DNA from: Gammaproteobacteria bacterium
GTDB taxonomy: Bacteria; Pseudomonadota; Gammaproteobacteria; UBA4575
NCBI GenBank assembly: GCA_028285655.1
Contig: JANQOT010000009.1
Location: forward strand, 1-54,954
Direction of reading: 5' to 3'
Length of the DNA stretch: 54,954 nucleotides
Part shown: in pieces, positions 1 to 7,115 of the stretch
Numbering within the stretch: the stretch's first letter is position 1
Layout of the letters: each line of letters begins with the position of its first letter
Notes under the pieces: generated by a model
The model's input: only the letters and a program-made list of their open reading frames with translations
Databases searched by the model: none
What the model was told of the DNA's origin: nothing
Position numbers and translations under genes: made by a program

Positions 1-20
1 GCGACTCCATCCATGGTACG
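1..20 (-). repeat. Truncated B-type structured repeat abutting tRNA-Met (cut by window edge)
   Basis: gcgactcca...tccatg...ggtacg matches both ends and the loop of the copy at 26778-26813, but the hairpin-1 arms are missing. Confidence 0.3.
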
Positions 21-96
21 GCTATGTAGCTCAGTTGGTTAGAGCACAGCATTCATAATGCTGGGGTCATTGGTTCAAGTCCAATCATAGCCACCA
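20..96 (+). tRNA. tRNA-Met (anticodon CAT), elongator type
   Basis: 77-nt cloverleaf GGCTATGTAGCTCAGTTGGTTAGAGCA...CATAGCCACCA with anticodon loop TTCATAA. Positions 1 and 72 pair as G-C, and the sequence is near-identical to E. coli elongator metT from memory, so it is not the initiator. CCA is encoded. Confidence 0.93.
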
Positions 97-163
97 CACT
101 TGCGCGCGGGTATTGCGCGCGAATCAAGTATGGCGTAGCCATTCCTTATTTTTTTAAAAAATC

Positions 164-222
164 AGTAATAGGTCAGGCAATACAAAAGTGCCTTAAATAA
201 ATATGTGGGCCTGACCTGGTAG
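164..222 (+). ncRNA. Candidate structured element, tRNA-trailer family, copy Met-1
   Basis: AGTAATAGGTCAGGC...(30-nt loop ending TGG)...GCCTGACCTGGTA. The stem is GGTCAGGC/GCCTGACC. Confidence 0.35.
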
Positions 223-271
223 TACACGCAAATTATTCATGGCGCAGCCATTCCTTATTGTTTTAGATCCC

Positions 272-330
272 AGTAATGGGTTGCATGTTGCAATTATAGT
301 TTTGTTCAGAACAATGGATGCAACCTGGCA
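272..330 (+). ncRNA. Candidate structured element, tRNA-trailer family, copy Met-2
   Basis: AGTAATGGGTTGCAT...(loop ending TGG)...ATGCAACCTGGCA. The stem GGTTGCAT/ATGCAACC is fully compensatory relative to copy Met-1. Confidence 0.35.
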
Positions 331-373
331 TTCCTGATTTTGCTTGAAACAGCAGTATTAGCTGTTGCATGAC

Positions 374-820
374 TTATAAATTCTTATACTTCACAAGAAT
401 TTCTTTTGCTTCCCAGTTTCTTTGCAACCAGATACTCAAATTAGCATGTAGCATGTGCCATCGGAAGGTACTGTCTGTTTTTACGTTAGTTGCTTTCATA
501 TGATGAATCGCAATCTCGGACGCCATCGCCGAAATACGCGTGTATGGATCGATATGCTTGTTTGACAAAACATTGTTGGAAATGGCAGCAAACAGCCAGG
601 TGTAATTCCAGTAGGGTGTAATTTTTCCCACCTTGTTTTTCGCCACAAATTTTTCAGCGGCTGCCCACTGCTGCGATAACTGTGAGTCAGTCACAATAGC
701 ATGTTGCGGTTTTGAAGGGAGCGTGTCCAGTAAAGACAAGGAGTAACTATAAACCAGCCAGGGTGCGGTAATTAATGATATAGCTATTGCAGAACAAAGA
801 ATAAGAACTGCTTTTTTCAT
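374..820 (-). CDS. Hypothetical membrane-anchored protein
   Basis: The track ORF 374..847 starts at TTG. The first ATG (820) gives MKKAVLILCSAIAISL, an N-terminal TM/signal anchor. No confident family; the C-terminal WLQRNWEAKEILVKYKN is only faintly GT51-like. Confidence 0.55.
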   Translation of the reverse strand: MKKAVLILCSAIAISLITAPWLVYSYSLSLLDTLPSKPQHAIVTDSQLSQQWAAAEKFVAKNKVGKITPYWNYTWLFAAISNNVLSNKHIDPYTRISAMASEIAIHHMKATNVKTDSTFRWHMLHANLSIWLQRNWEAKEILVKYKNL

Positions 821-916
821 GTAGTCAAGCGTACGCGTACTGTTCAAAAAGCGATTATCCGCTATCTGCTAAATAATCGATATATTTTAATGTCTTGTTT
901 AAACAGGTGACCCGGC

Positions 917-1975
917 TCATGCATTAGTGTCGTCCTGCTGATTGATTTTGTCACTACGCAGTCTGTCTCTGTATTTTCCTTTGGCATATTTTTGCAGGTC
1001 TTCTATTTTGTCGGTTTCGTCCAGAATCTCCCTGCCCAGCATAGTTTCAATCGCATCTTCCAGTGTAACGATTCCTGCCGTCTGGCCGTATTCGTCTTCA
1101 ACCAGAAACATATGTTCCCGTTTTTTGATAAACATATCCAAAAGTGGCTGCACTGGAAGACTTTCAGAAACACGGGTTATAGATTTGGCAAGAGTGTGTA
1201 ATTGCAAATCCGACTTTCCTTCTCTTTCTTTGAATAATAAATCCCGGTTGATTACCAGGCCAACCACATTGTCAGGATTATCCTTATATATCGGGATGCG
1301 CGTAAATTGTTGTGTCTCTTTGTATGACAGCGCCTCGCCTATAGTCGAATTGGCATCCAGGCAGTGCATGACTGAACGAGGCGTAAGGATTTCTTCTGTC
1401 TTGATTTCGCGTAATTTAAGTACATTGTTCAAATATTCATTCTCTTGGCCGATCAGCGAACCCATCTGGTGTCCTAATGAAGCCAACGCAATTATTTCTT
1501 CACGGGATACTTCCTGTGTTTTATCTTTTCTGAATGACTTGGTAATAAGTTCTGAAACTAATATCAGTGGATAAACCAGTTTAATCAGCCAAAAGATGAT
1601 ATTGGAGGCCGGAACAGCAAGTTGGCGCCAGTAAGTTGCACCGATCGTCTTGGGAATTATTTCAGAAAAATATAGGATTACCAGAGTTAATATCACTGCA
1701 ATTGCGGTTTCCCAACGTACACCAAAAATTTTCGTTGCTTGAGCGCCAACCCCGGCAGCCCCCATGGTATGTGCAAAAGTATTGAGTATTAATATGCTGG
1801 CAATCGACTGATCCAGGCGGTCTTTTACCCGGTATAACATTTTTCCTCTGTTGGGGTGTTTTGCACTGATGCTTTCAACATAACTGGGCGTTATAGACAA
1901 CAAGACAGCCTCTAATACAGAACATAAAAAAGATATTCCGATGGCGATAGCTAAATATGTAAAAAGCAAAGTCAT
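917..1975 (-). CDS. CNNM/DUF21-CBS family membrane protein (TlyC/CorB-like divalent-cation efflux)
   Basis: 352 aa. N-terminal multi-TM DUF21-type region followed by a CBS-pair region (ILTPRSVM...VGLV...EYGQTAGIVTLED). ATG start. Confidence 0.8.
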   Translation of the reverse strand: MTLLFTYLAIAIGISFLCSVLEAVLLSITPSYVESISAKHPNRGKMLYRVKDRLDQSIASILILNTFAHTMGAAGVGAQATKIFGVRWETAIAVILTLVILYFSEIIPKTIGATYWRQLAVPASNIIFWLIKLVYPLILVSELITKSFRKDKTQEVSREEIIALASLGHQMGSLIGQENEYLNNVLKLREIKTEEILTPRSVMHCLDANSTIGEALSYKETQQFTRIPIYKDNPDNVVGLVINRDLLFKEREGKSDLQLHTLAKSITRVSESLPVQPLLDMFIKKREHMFLVEDEYGQTAGIVTLEDAIETMLGREILDETDKIEDLQKYAKGKYRDRLRSDKINQQDDTNA

Positions 1976-2179
1976 GGCACAAAAAGTAACGTTTTTAACT
2001 GGTTAAAAACCAGAGATTGTCTAAGGCAAATTCATAGTTTGACATATTTTGAATTCGCAGTCTTGTTGTGAGTTAAGTCATATTATGATGTATCGACCGG
2101 GTTGGTGGCTAAAAAATGTTACGGTATACAAAGGGTGCAAAAAGTATAATTCCGGACCTGGATATTGTCTGTTTTCAGC

Positions 2180-2265
2180 CAATGAGCAGGAGGTGGCTAT
2201 ACATACAAGGATGCACGCAGGCATAGCGATGTGCGAATAAGAGCCTGAATCAGGGAAAACGCTAA
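2180..2265 (+). repeat. Degenerate B-type repeat(s), left edge of island 1
   Basis: GAGCAGGAGGTGGC and GCAC...GTGCGAATAAGAGCCTGAATCAGGG resemble the B consensus GAGCAC-loop-GTGCGAATGARAGTT-hairpin. Confidence 0.4.
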
Positions 2266-2332
2266 CCTAATGTATAGTGCAAGCTATGCAATGCAGTGAA
2301 CTTTAATTGCCGAAGTCTTGTCTTAAATGCGT

Positions 2333-2442
2333 GTGCGGGAGAGCACGGATGCTCCGAAGTTGCTACCCCTTTTAATAGGAGTGCAGTGCCAAGAAAATTC
2401 TCCCGCATACCTTGCGAGCTTATTTCTGAAATCAAGCGACCA
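2333..2442 (+). repeat. Degenerate B+A composite repeat 3' of the SnoaL-like cassette
   Basis: GAGCACGGATGCTCCGAAGTTGC is a B-like core. It is enclosed by the inverted repeat TGCGGGAGA (2334) / TCTCCCGCA (2399). AAGCGACCAC lies next to the stop codon at 2443. Confidence 0.4.
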
Positions 2443-2880
2443 CTAATTTTGTTTGATCATATCCATATGGCCAAGTTGCTTCATTGATGTGTAGTTATCC
2501 CACTCAACCCAGGCTTCTGCAATTGTCTCGTTTTTAATTCGATAAATAGCTAGATACTCTATATCCATATCTTTACACGATGCAGGATATGGCCCCATTT
2601 TCCCGAGCTGTGTGCCTTTAAACTGTTGGCGGGCTGCGACTTTATCACCCTCGGCGACTAAATCTAAAATTTTTTCCCTGAATTTCGGAAAAATGGATTC
2701 TTGCGTGCGTAAGTACTGTATTAAATCTCCCCGGCATTTAACAGCGGGTTCTCCTGCAGCAAAGCTATGTCTTGCGAAATCTTCTGCTACCATGTTGTCG
2801 AGCATATCCCAATCGCGCTTGTTAACAGCATTTATAAAATTCTGCACTAGCGCTTTGTTAGATTCATTATTGTCGTTCAT
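2443..2880 (-). CDS. SnoaL-like / predicted ester cyclase family protein
   Basis: 145 aa. LVQNFINAVNKRDWDMLDNMVAEDF...IAEAWVEWDNYTSMKQLG is typical of the NTF2-fold SnoaL/ester-cyclase family. ATG start. Confidence 0.75.
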   Translation of the reverse strand: MNDNNESNKALVQNFINAVNKRDWDMLDNMVAEDFARHSFAAGEPAVKCRGDLIQYLRTQESIFPKFREKILDLVAEGDKVAARQQFKGTQLGKMGPYPASCKDMDIEYLAIYRIKNETIAEAWVEWDNYTSMKQLGHMDMIKQN

Positions 2881-2924
2881 ATTTTCTATAAGTTACCTAT
2901 TCATTTTCTACTTACGACCAATTA

Positions 2925-3028
2925 GTGAGCACAAGGAGGTGCGAATGAGAGTTGCATCAGGGACGATGCTTCCGTTTAGAATTACTGCTCGCTTCAATGA
3001 CCGCTTTCGGGCCAAAAGCGGTCATTCG
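2925..3028 (+). repeat. B+A composite structured repeat (reference copy)
   Basis: Hairpin 1 is GCAC/AAGGAG/GTGC (2929-2942), followed by the linker GAATGAGAGTT. Hairpin 2 is GCATC/AGGGAC/GATGC (2954-2969). The A module is the perfect 12-bp palindrome AATGACCGCTTT-cgggcca-AAAGCGGTCATT (2996-3026). The stop codon of CDS 3022..3438 lies inside it. Confidence 0.8.
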
Positions 3029-3438
3029 TTTTCTTTAAATAATTCAACACAATGCATCACACACTCTTCACAAATTTGTGCGTTATCCCCTAGCCAAACT
3101 AGCCGACCAGCTTCTTTTTCAGAACACTTACAAAACTCACAGTAGCTATCTTCCTCAGTGCTTTCTATTCCTCGTTTCAGTTTTCTGGTAAAACGTGGAC
3201 TAGAGGCAACCTTTTCTTTTGATGGCGATATCCTTAATGAATCATCAAAATTAACAGATTCTTCAAGCCACTCTATGTATAGCAACCCAGGCTCTTTATC
3301 AGATATTCCAGATGCTCTAACTAGCGGCATTTCGTCTGAAACACCAAATGAAATATGAAGTTGTTTAAGTGTGCTAGGGCCAACAGTTGCTATTCTTTTT
3401 TCATTTAAATAAACATCGTAAAAACAATTTTTATCCAT
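3022..3438 (-). CDS. Hypothetical protein with C-terminal ClpX-type C4 zinc finger
   Basis: 138 aa. The C-terminal CEFCKCSEKEAGRLVWLGDNAQICEECVMHCVELF matches the ClpX N-terminal zinc-binding pattern (CxxC...CxxC). The N-terminal ~95 aa have no recognisable family. Confidence 0.65.
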   Translation of the reverse strand: MDKNCFYDVYLNEKRIATVGPSTLKQLHISFGVSDEMPLVRASGISDKEPGLLYIEWLEESVNFDDSLRISPSKEKVASSPRFTRKLKRGIESTEEDSYCEFCKCSEKEAGRLVWLGDNAQICEECVMHCVELFKENE

Positions 3439-3490
3439 AAATATTATCCTGGGATGCAGTACAGTAACTAGAATTATATGTTCGGTTTAC

Positions 3491-3510
3491 GGCCAATAGC
3501 GGTCATTCAG
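3491..3510 (+). repeat. A-module repeat (solo)
   Basis: GGCCAATAGCGGTCATTCAG lies 6 nt from the stop of CDS 3516..4934. Compare GGCCAAAAGCGGTCATTC at 3011, 24981 and 25471. Confidence 0.6.
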
Positions 3511-3515
3511 GATTA

Positions 3516-4934
3516 TTATCCGAAACGTCTTAGCCATTTGAATTTTGATAGTGTATACGGAGGGTATCGCAACGGTAAATCGCCAAACGTGGATTTTATT
3601 AAAACGGCTCTAGCATGACTAAATGTAATGAAACTATTTCTGCCATGGTAAGCGCCAACACCACTTTGACCGACACCTCCAAATGGTAGATCAGGTACAA
3701 CCATATGCATAAGTACATCGTTAATACAAACACCTCCCGAACTTGTCTCTGAAATTACATTGTTTTGAACTTCTTTATCTTTAGTGAATAGATATAATGC
3801 TAATGGCTTAGGCCGACTATTCACGAAACCAATTGCATCTTCGATGCCTGAAACCGATATTACAGGAAGAATAGGCCCAAAGATCTCTTCGCTCATAATT
3901 AGCGAATCAGTGGACACTTTGGTCAACACTGTAGGTTCGATATAGAGATCGGCTTCATCCGAGTGGCCACCACTCACAATTTCTCCACTGTCCATCAACC
4001 CGATGAGTCGTTCAAAATGTGCTTGATTGACTATCCTCGGATAATCAGGGCTTGTCTTCGGATCATTTCCATAAAAATCCGCCACTACCGACTTGATATG
4101 CTGCGTGAGATCATCAATTATTGATTCATGAGCCAGTACATAATCTGGAGCAACGCACGTCTGTCCAGCGTTGACAAATTTCCCCCATACGATTCGTTTA
4201 GCTGCTACACGTATATCGGCATCACTATTCACAATACACGGACTTTTGCCACCTAGTTCAAGTGTGACTGGCGTAAGGTGCTTAGCTGCGGCAGCCATTA
4301 CAATTTTGCCCACACGAGGGCTGCCTGTGAAGAAGATATGGTCAAAGCGTTGTTCGAGTAAATTGCTGGCTACATCTGCCCCTCCCTGTATAACTCTGAT
4401 GGCATCTGAATCCATATATTCAGGGATAATCTCCGCGAGTAATGATGAGGTGTTTGGCGTGAGTTCTGACGGTTTTATGAGCACGCAATTACCGGCTGCA
4501 ATAGCGCCAATTAGTGGCGATACAATCAACATAAAGGGGTAGTTCCATGGCGCCATAATTAATACGACACCAAGCGGTTCATATATAATCTTGCTTTTGC
4601 CTGGCTGATTGTCTATTGGTGTCGAGACAATTTCTGGTTTCATCCAGTTTTTTAAATGTTTCAAAGCATGATTGATCTCATTAACGCACTCACCTGTCTC
4701 CGCTATGAATGATTCAAAGTTTGATTTTCTGAGATCCGCTCTAAGAGCAGCGAAGATTGCTTCCTCCTTTTCTATCGTCATTGCTTTTAATGACTTGAGT
4801 TGATCGATGCGCCATTTATAAGGGCGCGTCTTACGACTTTTAAACGTCGTATGCAAATTTGCTACTGTTCTTGCGAAATTGGGTTGAGACATGTCATTTA
4901 TTCTCACTTTTGAAGCAACTGAGTTTCTATACAT
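3516..4934 (-). CDS. NAD(P)+-dependent aldehyde dehydrogenase (class 3-like)
   Basis: 472 aa. ALDH motifs are present: ELGGKSP, the catalytic region GQTCVAPDY, and EEIFGPILP. The alternative ATG at 4892 (MSQPNF) would give 458 aa. Confidence 0.88.
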   Translation of the reverse strand: MYRNSVASKVRINDMSQPNFARTVANLHTTFKSRKTRPYKWRIDQLKSLKAMTIEKEEAIFAALRADLRKSNFESFIAETGECVNEINHALKHLKNWMKPEIVSTPIDNQPGKSKIIYEPLGVVLIMAPWNYPFMLIVSPLIGAIAAGNCVLIKPSELTPNTSSLLAEIIPEYMDSDAIRVIQGGADVASNLLEQRFDHIFFTGSPRVGKIVMAAAAKHLTPVTLELGGKSPCIVNSDADIRVAAKRIVWGKFVNAGQTCVAPDYVLAHESIIDDLTQHIKSVVADFYGNDPKTSPDYPRIVNQAHFERLIGLMDSGEIVSGGHSDEADLYIEPTVLTKVSTDSLIMSEEIFGPILPVISVSGIEDAIGFVNSRPKPLALYLFTKDKEVQNNVISETSSGGVCINDVLMHMVVPDLPFGGVGQSGVGAYHGRNSFITFSHARAVLIKSTFGDLPLRYPPYTLSKFKWLRRFG

Positions 4935-5034
4935 GACCTAACGATTCGGTGGTCTGAGGTAAATTATTCAAATAAAGTTTTTTAATTATGACTTACATCA
5001 ATTTATTACTTAAATGGGTTACACAGAGATTCAG

Positions 5035-5183
5035 CGAATATGAGCGCGTCTTCCCTGACGCGACTCCAATTCGCACTTCCCTGTGCTCAGGTACGAAAGC
5101 GGACCTTCAATGAATATGAGCGCGTCTTCCCTGACGCGACTCCAATTCGCACTTCCCTGTGCTCTGGCACGAAAGCGGTTATG
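5035..5183 (-). repeat. Two tandem B-type repeats in opposite orientation to those at 2925 and 24899
   Basis: A 53-nt stretch, gaatatgagcgcgtcttccctgacgcgactccaattcgcacttccctgtgctc, is present identically at 5036-5088 and 5112-5164 (period 76). Each copy is followed by ACGAAAGCGG. Confidence 0.85.
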
Positions 5184-5237
5184 CTGAATAATGTAGATCA
5201 GTATATTATAGAATGCTAATACACTATATTGTTTAAT

Positions 5238-5266
5238 ACCCGCTTTCGTCCCAAAGAAAACATTCG
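5238..5266. repeat. Degenerate A-module
   Basis: ACCCGCTTTCGTCCCAAAGAAAACATTCG resembles GACCGCTTTCGGGCCAAAAGCGGTCATTCG (2999-3028). CCCGCTTTCG is also the inverted complement of CGAAAGCGG at 5170. Confidence 0.4.
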
Positions 5267-5302
5267 ATTATGATAATAATATTCAGCCCGGAGTAGATAC
5301 GC

Positions 5303-6349
5303 ATGAACTACTATATTTATCTACCACTGTTTTATTTTTTACTAGTTAACAACTTTTTAATGGCGGGGGAAAATATTTCATATATGAACTCTGAGAAAGA
5401 GTTAATAGTGCTAGCGGCGCCTTTATCGGGTGATTTATATTACGCCAATCAGGTTGATGCTATATTTAATTTTCATATTGAGTATGTAAATCAAATAAAA
5501 GATCGCGATAATGTTTTAATTTTTGTAGATGAAAACACTTATGATGACTATGTCGAAAAAGTCGGAGAACAATACGTGGTGATAGCTCCGATGTTAGATA
5601 TTTGGATGCGTGATTTTAGTCTTTCTAACGTAATAGCGCCAGTCATGTTTCGATATACAGCTGCTGGTCAAGGGGGAGGTGATAGAGGACAGAAATATGC
5701 GGATACAGTCCAGGAACAGCTAGCTACAATCATAGAAGAGGCCGAACTAGAATTTAAGGAAACAAAATTACTAAACGATGGGGGAAATTTCGTTGATGAC
5801 TATCATGGGAATGTAGTAATAAGTACAAAATTTTTACGCGACAATAATATTTCTGAGAAACAAGCACGATCAGAGTTACAAAAGTTGATCAATATTAAAC
5901 ATGTGGCGTTTATAAATTCTGATGAGCAAGGCGGGCTAGAGCATGCAGACGGTGTGGTGGCATTTGTTGATAAGAATACAGTAATAATAAACTCATATGG
6001 CGAAGAAGGCTATTTAGCAAATTTACGTAGAGACTTGCAAAGAGGATTACCTGATGTGGTAATTCACGAAATTATAACTCCATACGACGATAGCGAAATT
6101 CACGACCGGCGGTTTAGCTCTGCTTGCGGGCTTTACACAAATGCACTTGTAACTCCTAAAAGAGTATATCTTCCACAGTTCGATATACCTCAGGATAAGA
6201 TTGCTATTCAACAAGTACAGCAAGCAACTACTCGGGAAGTAGTACCTGTTCCGTCTCACTATGTTTGCTCGATGGGTGGCGGTGTACGATGTATGTCTTG
6301 GCAATTAAGAGGACAAAATGCCAGTAAGCTTTTGGAATATTTTAATTAA
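5303..6349 (+). CDS. Agmatine deiminase / peptidyl-arginine deiminase (PAD_porph) family protein, predicted secreted
   Basis: 348 aa. Contains DIWMRD, GGNF, EHADG and the C-terminal catalytic-Cys motif GGGVRCMSWQ. The N-terminus is hydrophobic. GGAG lies 9 nt upstream of the ATG. Confidence 0.82.
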   Translation: MNYYIYLPLFYFLLVNNFLMAGENISYMNSEKELIVLAAPLSGDLYYANQVDAIFNFHIEYVNQIKDRDNVLIFVDENTYDDYVEKVGEQYVVIAPMLDIWMRDFSLSNVIAPVMFRYTAAGQGGGDRGQKYADTVQEQLATIIEEAELEFKETKLLNDGGNFVDDYHGNVVISTKFLRDNNISEKQARSELQKLINIKHVAFINSDEQGGLEHADGVVAFVDKNTVIINSYGEEGYLANLRRDLQRGLPDVVIHEIITPYDDSEIHDRRFSSACGLYTNALVTPKRVYLPQFDIPQDKIAIQQVQQATTREVVPVPSHYVCSMGGGVRCMSWQLRGQNASKLLEYFN

Positions 6350-6368
6350 GCCGACAGTTAAACTTTTT

Positions 6369-6462
6369 AATGACCGCTTTTGTTCGAAACCAGACATTAG
6401 TTCGCTTGCTATGCGGGCGCCATCCTTGGCGCCAACTTTCATTCGCGTATCCTTACGCTCAC
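6369..6462 (-). repeat. A+B composite repeat 3' of the plus-strand cassette
   Basis: AATGACCGCTTTTG starts 20 nt after the stop at 6349. The B part reads (reverse complement) GCGT/AAGGAT/ACGC, GAATGAAAGTT, GGCGCC/AAGGAT/GGCGCC. Both stems differ from the other copies but still pair. Confidence 0.75.
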
Positions 6463-6480
6463 GTGCTTGCACACATCTAT

Positions 6481-6535
6481 GAGTGCGAATTCAGGCGCTT
6501 GAAACGGGTCGGGAAGTGACCTTGCGAACGAGTAA
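6481..6535 (+). repeat. Partial B-type repeat
   Basis: GAGTGCGAATTCAGG...GGGTCGGGAAGTGACC retains the GTGCGAAT core and a GGGAAG-loop hairpin. It lies 3' of minus-strand CDS 6559..6792. Confidence 0.4.
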
Positions 6536-6558
6536 AAATAGTACAGTGAAATTTCTGT

Positions 6559-6792
6559 CTAACTTTGATTTTTGTAGTTTTGCAGGTATTCCAGAAACTC
6601 TTCTTCGACAATTTCGGTTTCTTCGACTGAAATATTATTTAGTCGGCGCTCAGGCATTTTGCGACGGTCCTTTTTGATCACCAATTCGCCCAGTTCCTTG
6701 CTTGAATCGCTTAACGTGCTGATAAAGTCTCTGCGGTCGCTTGTTGTCCGTCGCTCGTCCAGATCTTGATCTGTGTCCGCTTTTTCGCTCAA
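6559..6792 (-). CDS. Small Arg-rich hypothetical protein with ERRxxxDRR motif
   Basis: The track ORF 6559..6813 starts at TTG. An internal TTG at 6792 is preceded by AAGGAG with a 7-nt spacer. The protein shares GE(L/I)...RR...(P/D)(E/D)RR...EEF...Y with CDS 29145..29360. Confidence 0.45.
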   Translation of the reverse strand: MSEKADTDQDLDERRTTSDRRDFISTLSDSSKELGELVIKKDRRKMPERRLNNISVEETEIVEEEFLEYLQNYKNQS

Positions 6793-7064
6793 CGGTCTGC
6801 TCCTTTCTCTCAAAATTCTGAAGATTGTGTAGCCGGAGGGTTATCCCTCTTTAATTATTTTCTTAAGTATTACTTTTTTAAGTTTTTGATTATGTGATGC
6901 GATTGGCAGTTAGGTTTTTCGTCGCCAAGGGCTGTTCTGCATTAAATCCGGGAGCCCGGCCGTTAATAAGCGGTAGCGAAATAATCTAAACAGACTTGTT
7001 TTCTGTAACTTACCGAATCTTGTTGCAGTGTTACGGCAGGAGAATATAAATAATGATAAAACCA

Positions 7065-7094
7065 TAAAAAAACCCGCTTTGGTCAAAAGCGGGT
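7065..7094 (-). terminator. Rho-independent terminator of the cytochrome c lipoprotein gene
   Basis: ACCCGCTTT-ggtca-AAAGCGGGT hairpin, followed on the minus strand by a 7-T run, about 20 nt after the stop at 7116. Confidence 0.8.
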
Positions 7095-7115
7095 TTTAGT
7101 AGGTGTAATTGTTAG

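Larger units (their letters stand above)
130..347 (+). repeat. Two tandem ~109-bp units in the tRNA-Met 3' trailer
   Basis: Each unit starts with ATGGCG(T/C)AGCCATTCCTTATT(T/G)TTT (a 5-bp hairpin plus T-run) at 130 and 239, followed by the AGTAATRGGT stem-loop element. Confidence 0.6.

Noticed and set aside
2939-2945. Group II intron 5' end (GUGCG) within the B repeat
   Set aside because: Only the pentamer matches. There are no domain V/VI-like sequences, no IEP/RT ORF, and the elements are only about 50 nt long.
2933-3145. Small ORF started by the SD-ATG inside the B repeat (AAGGAGGTGCGA-ATG; part of track ORF 2612..3145)
   Set aside because: The reading frame is not conserved between copies. 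It gives 11 codons at 24918, has ATT instead of ATG in the 5036/5112 copies, and yields different downstream sequence each time. Conservation is at the nucleotide and structure level, not at the peptide level.
2180-6535. Classical integron cassette array (attC sites)
   Set aside because: The gene-plus-3'-repeat layout looks integron-like. However, I cannot find the R'' RYYYAAC / R' GTTRRRY boxes at the repeat ends. The repeats occur in both orientations within one array. The B module is two short hairpins rather than one long imperfect hairpin. No intI/attI/Pc is present in the window. This stays open only as a possible non-canonical ssDNA recombination site.
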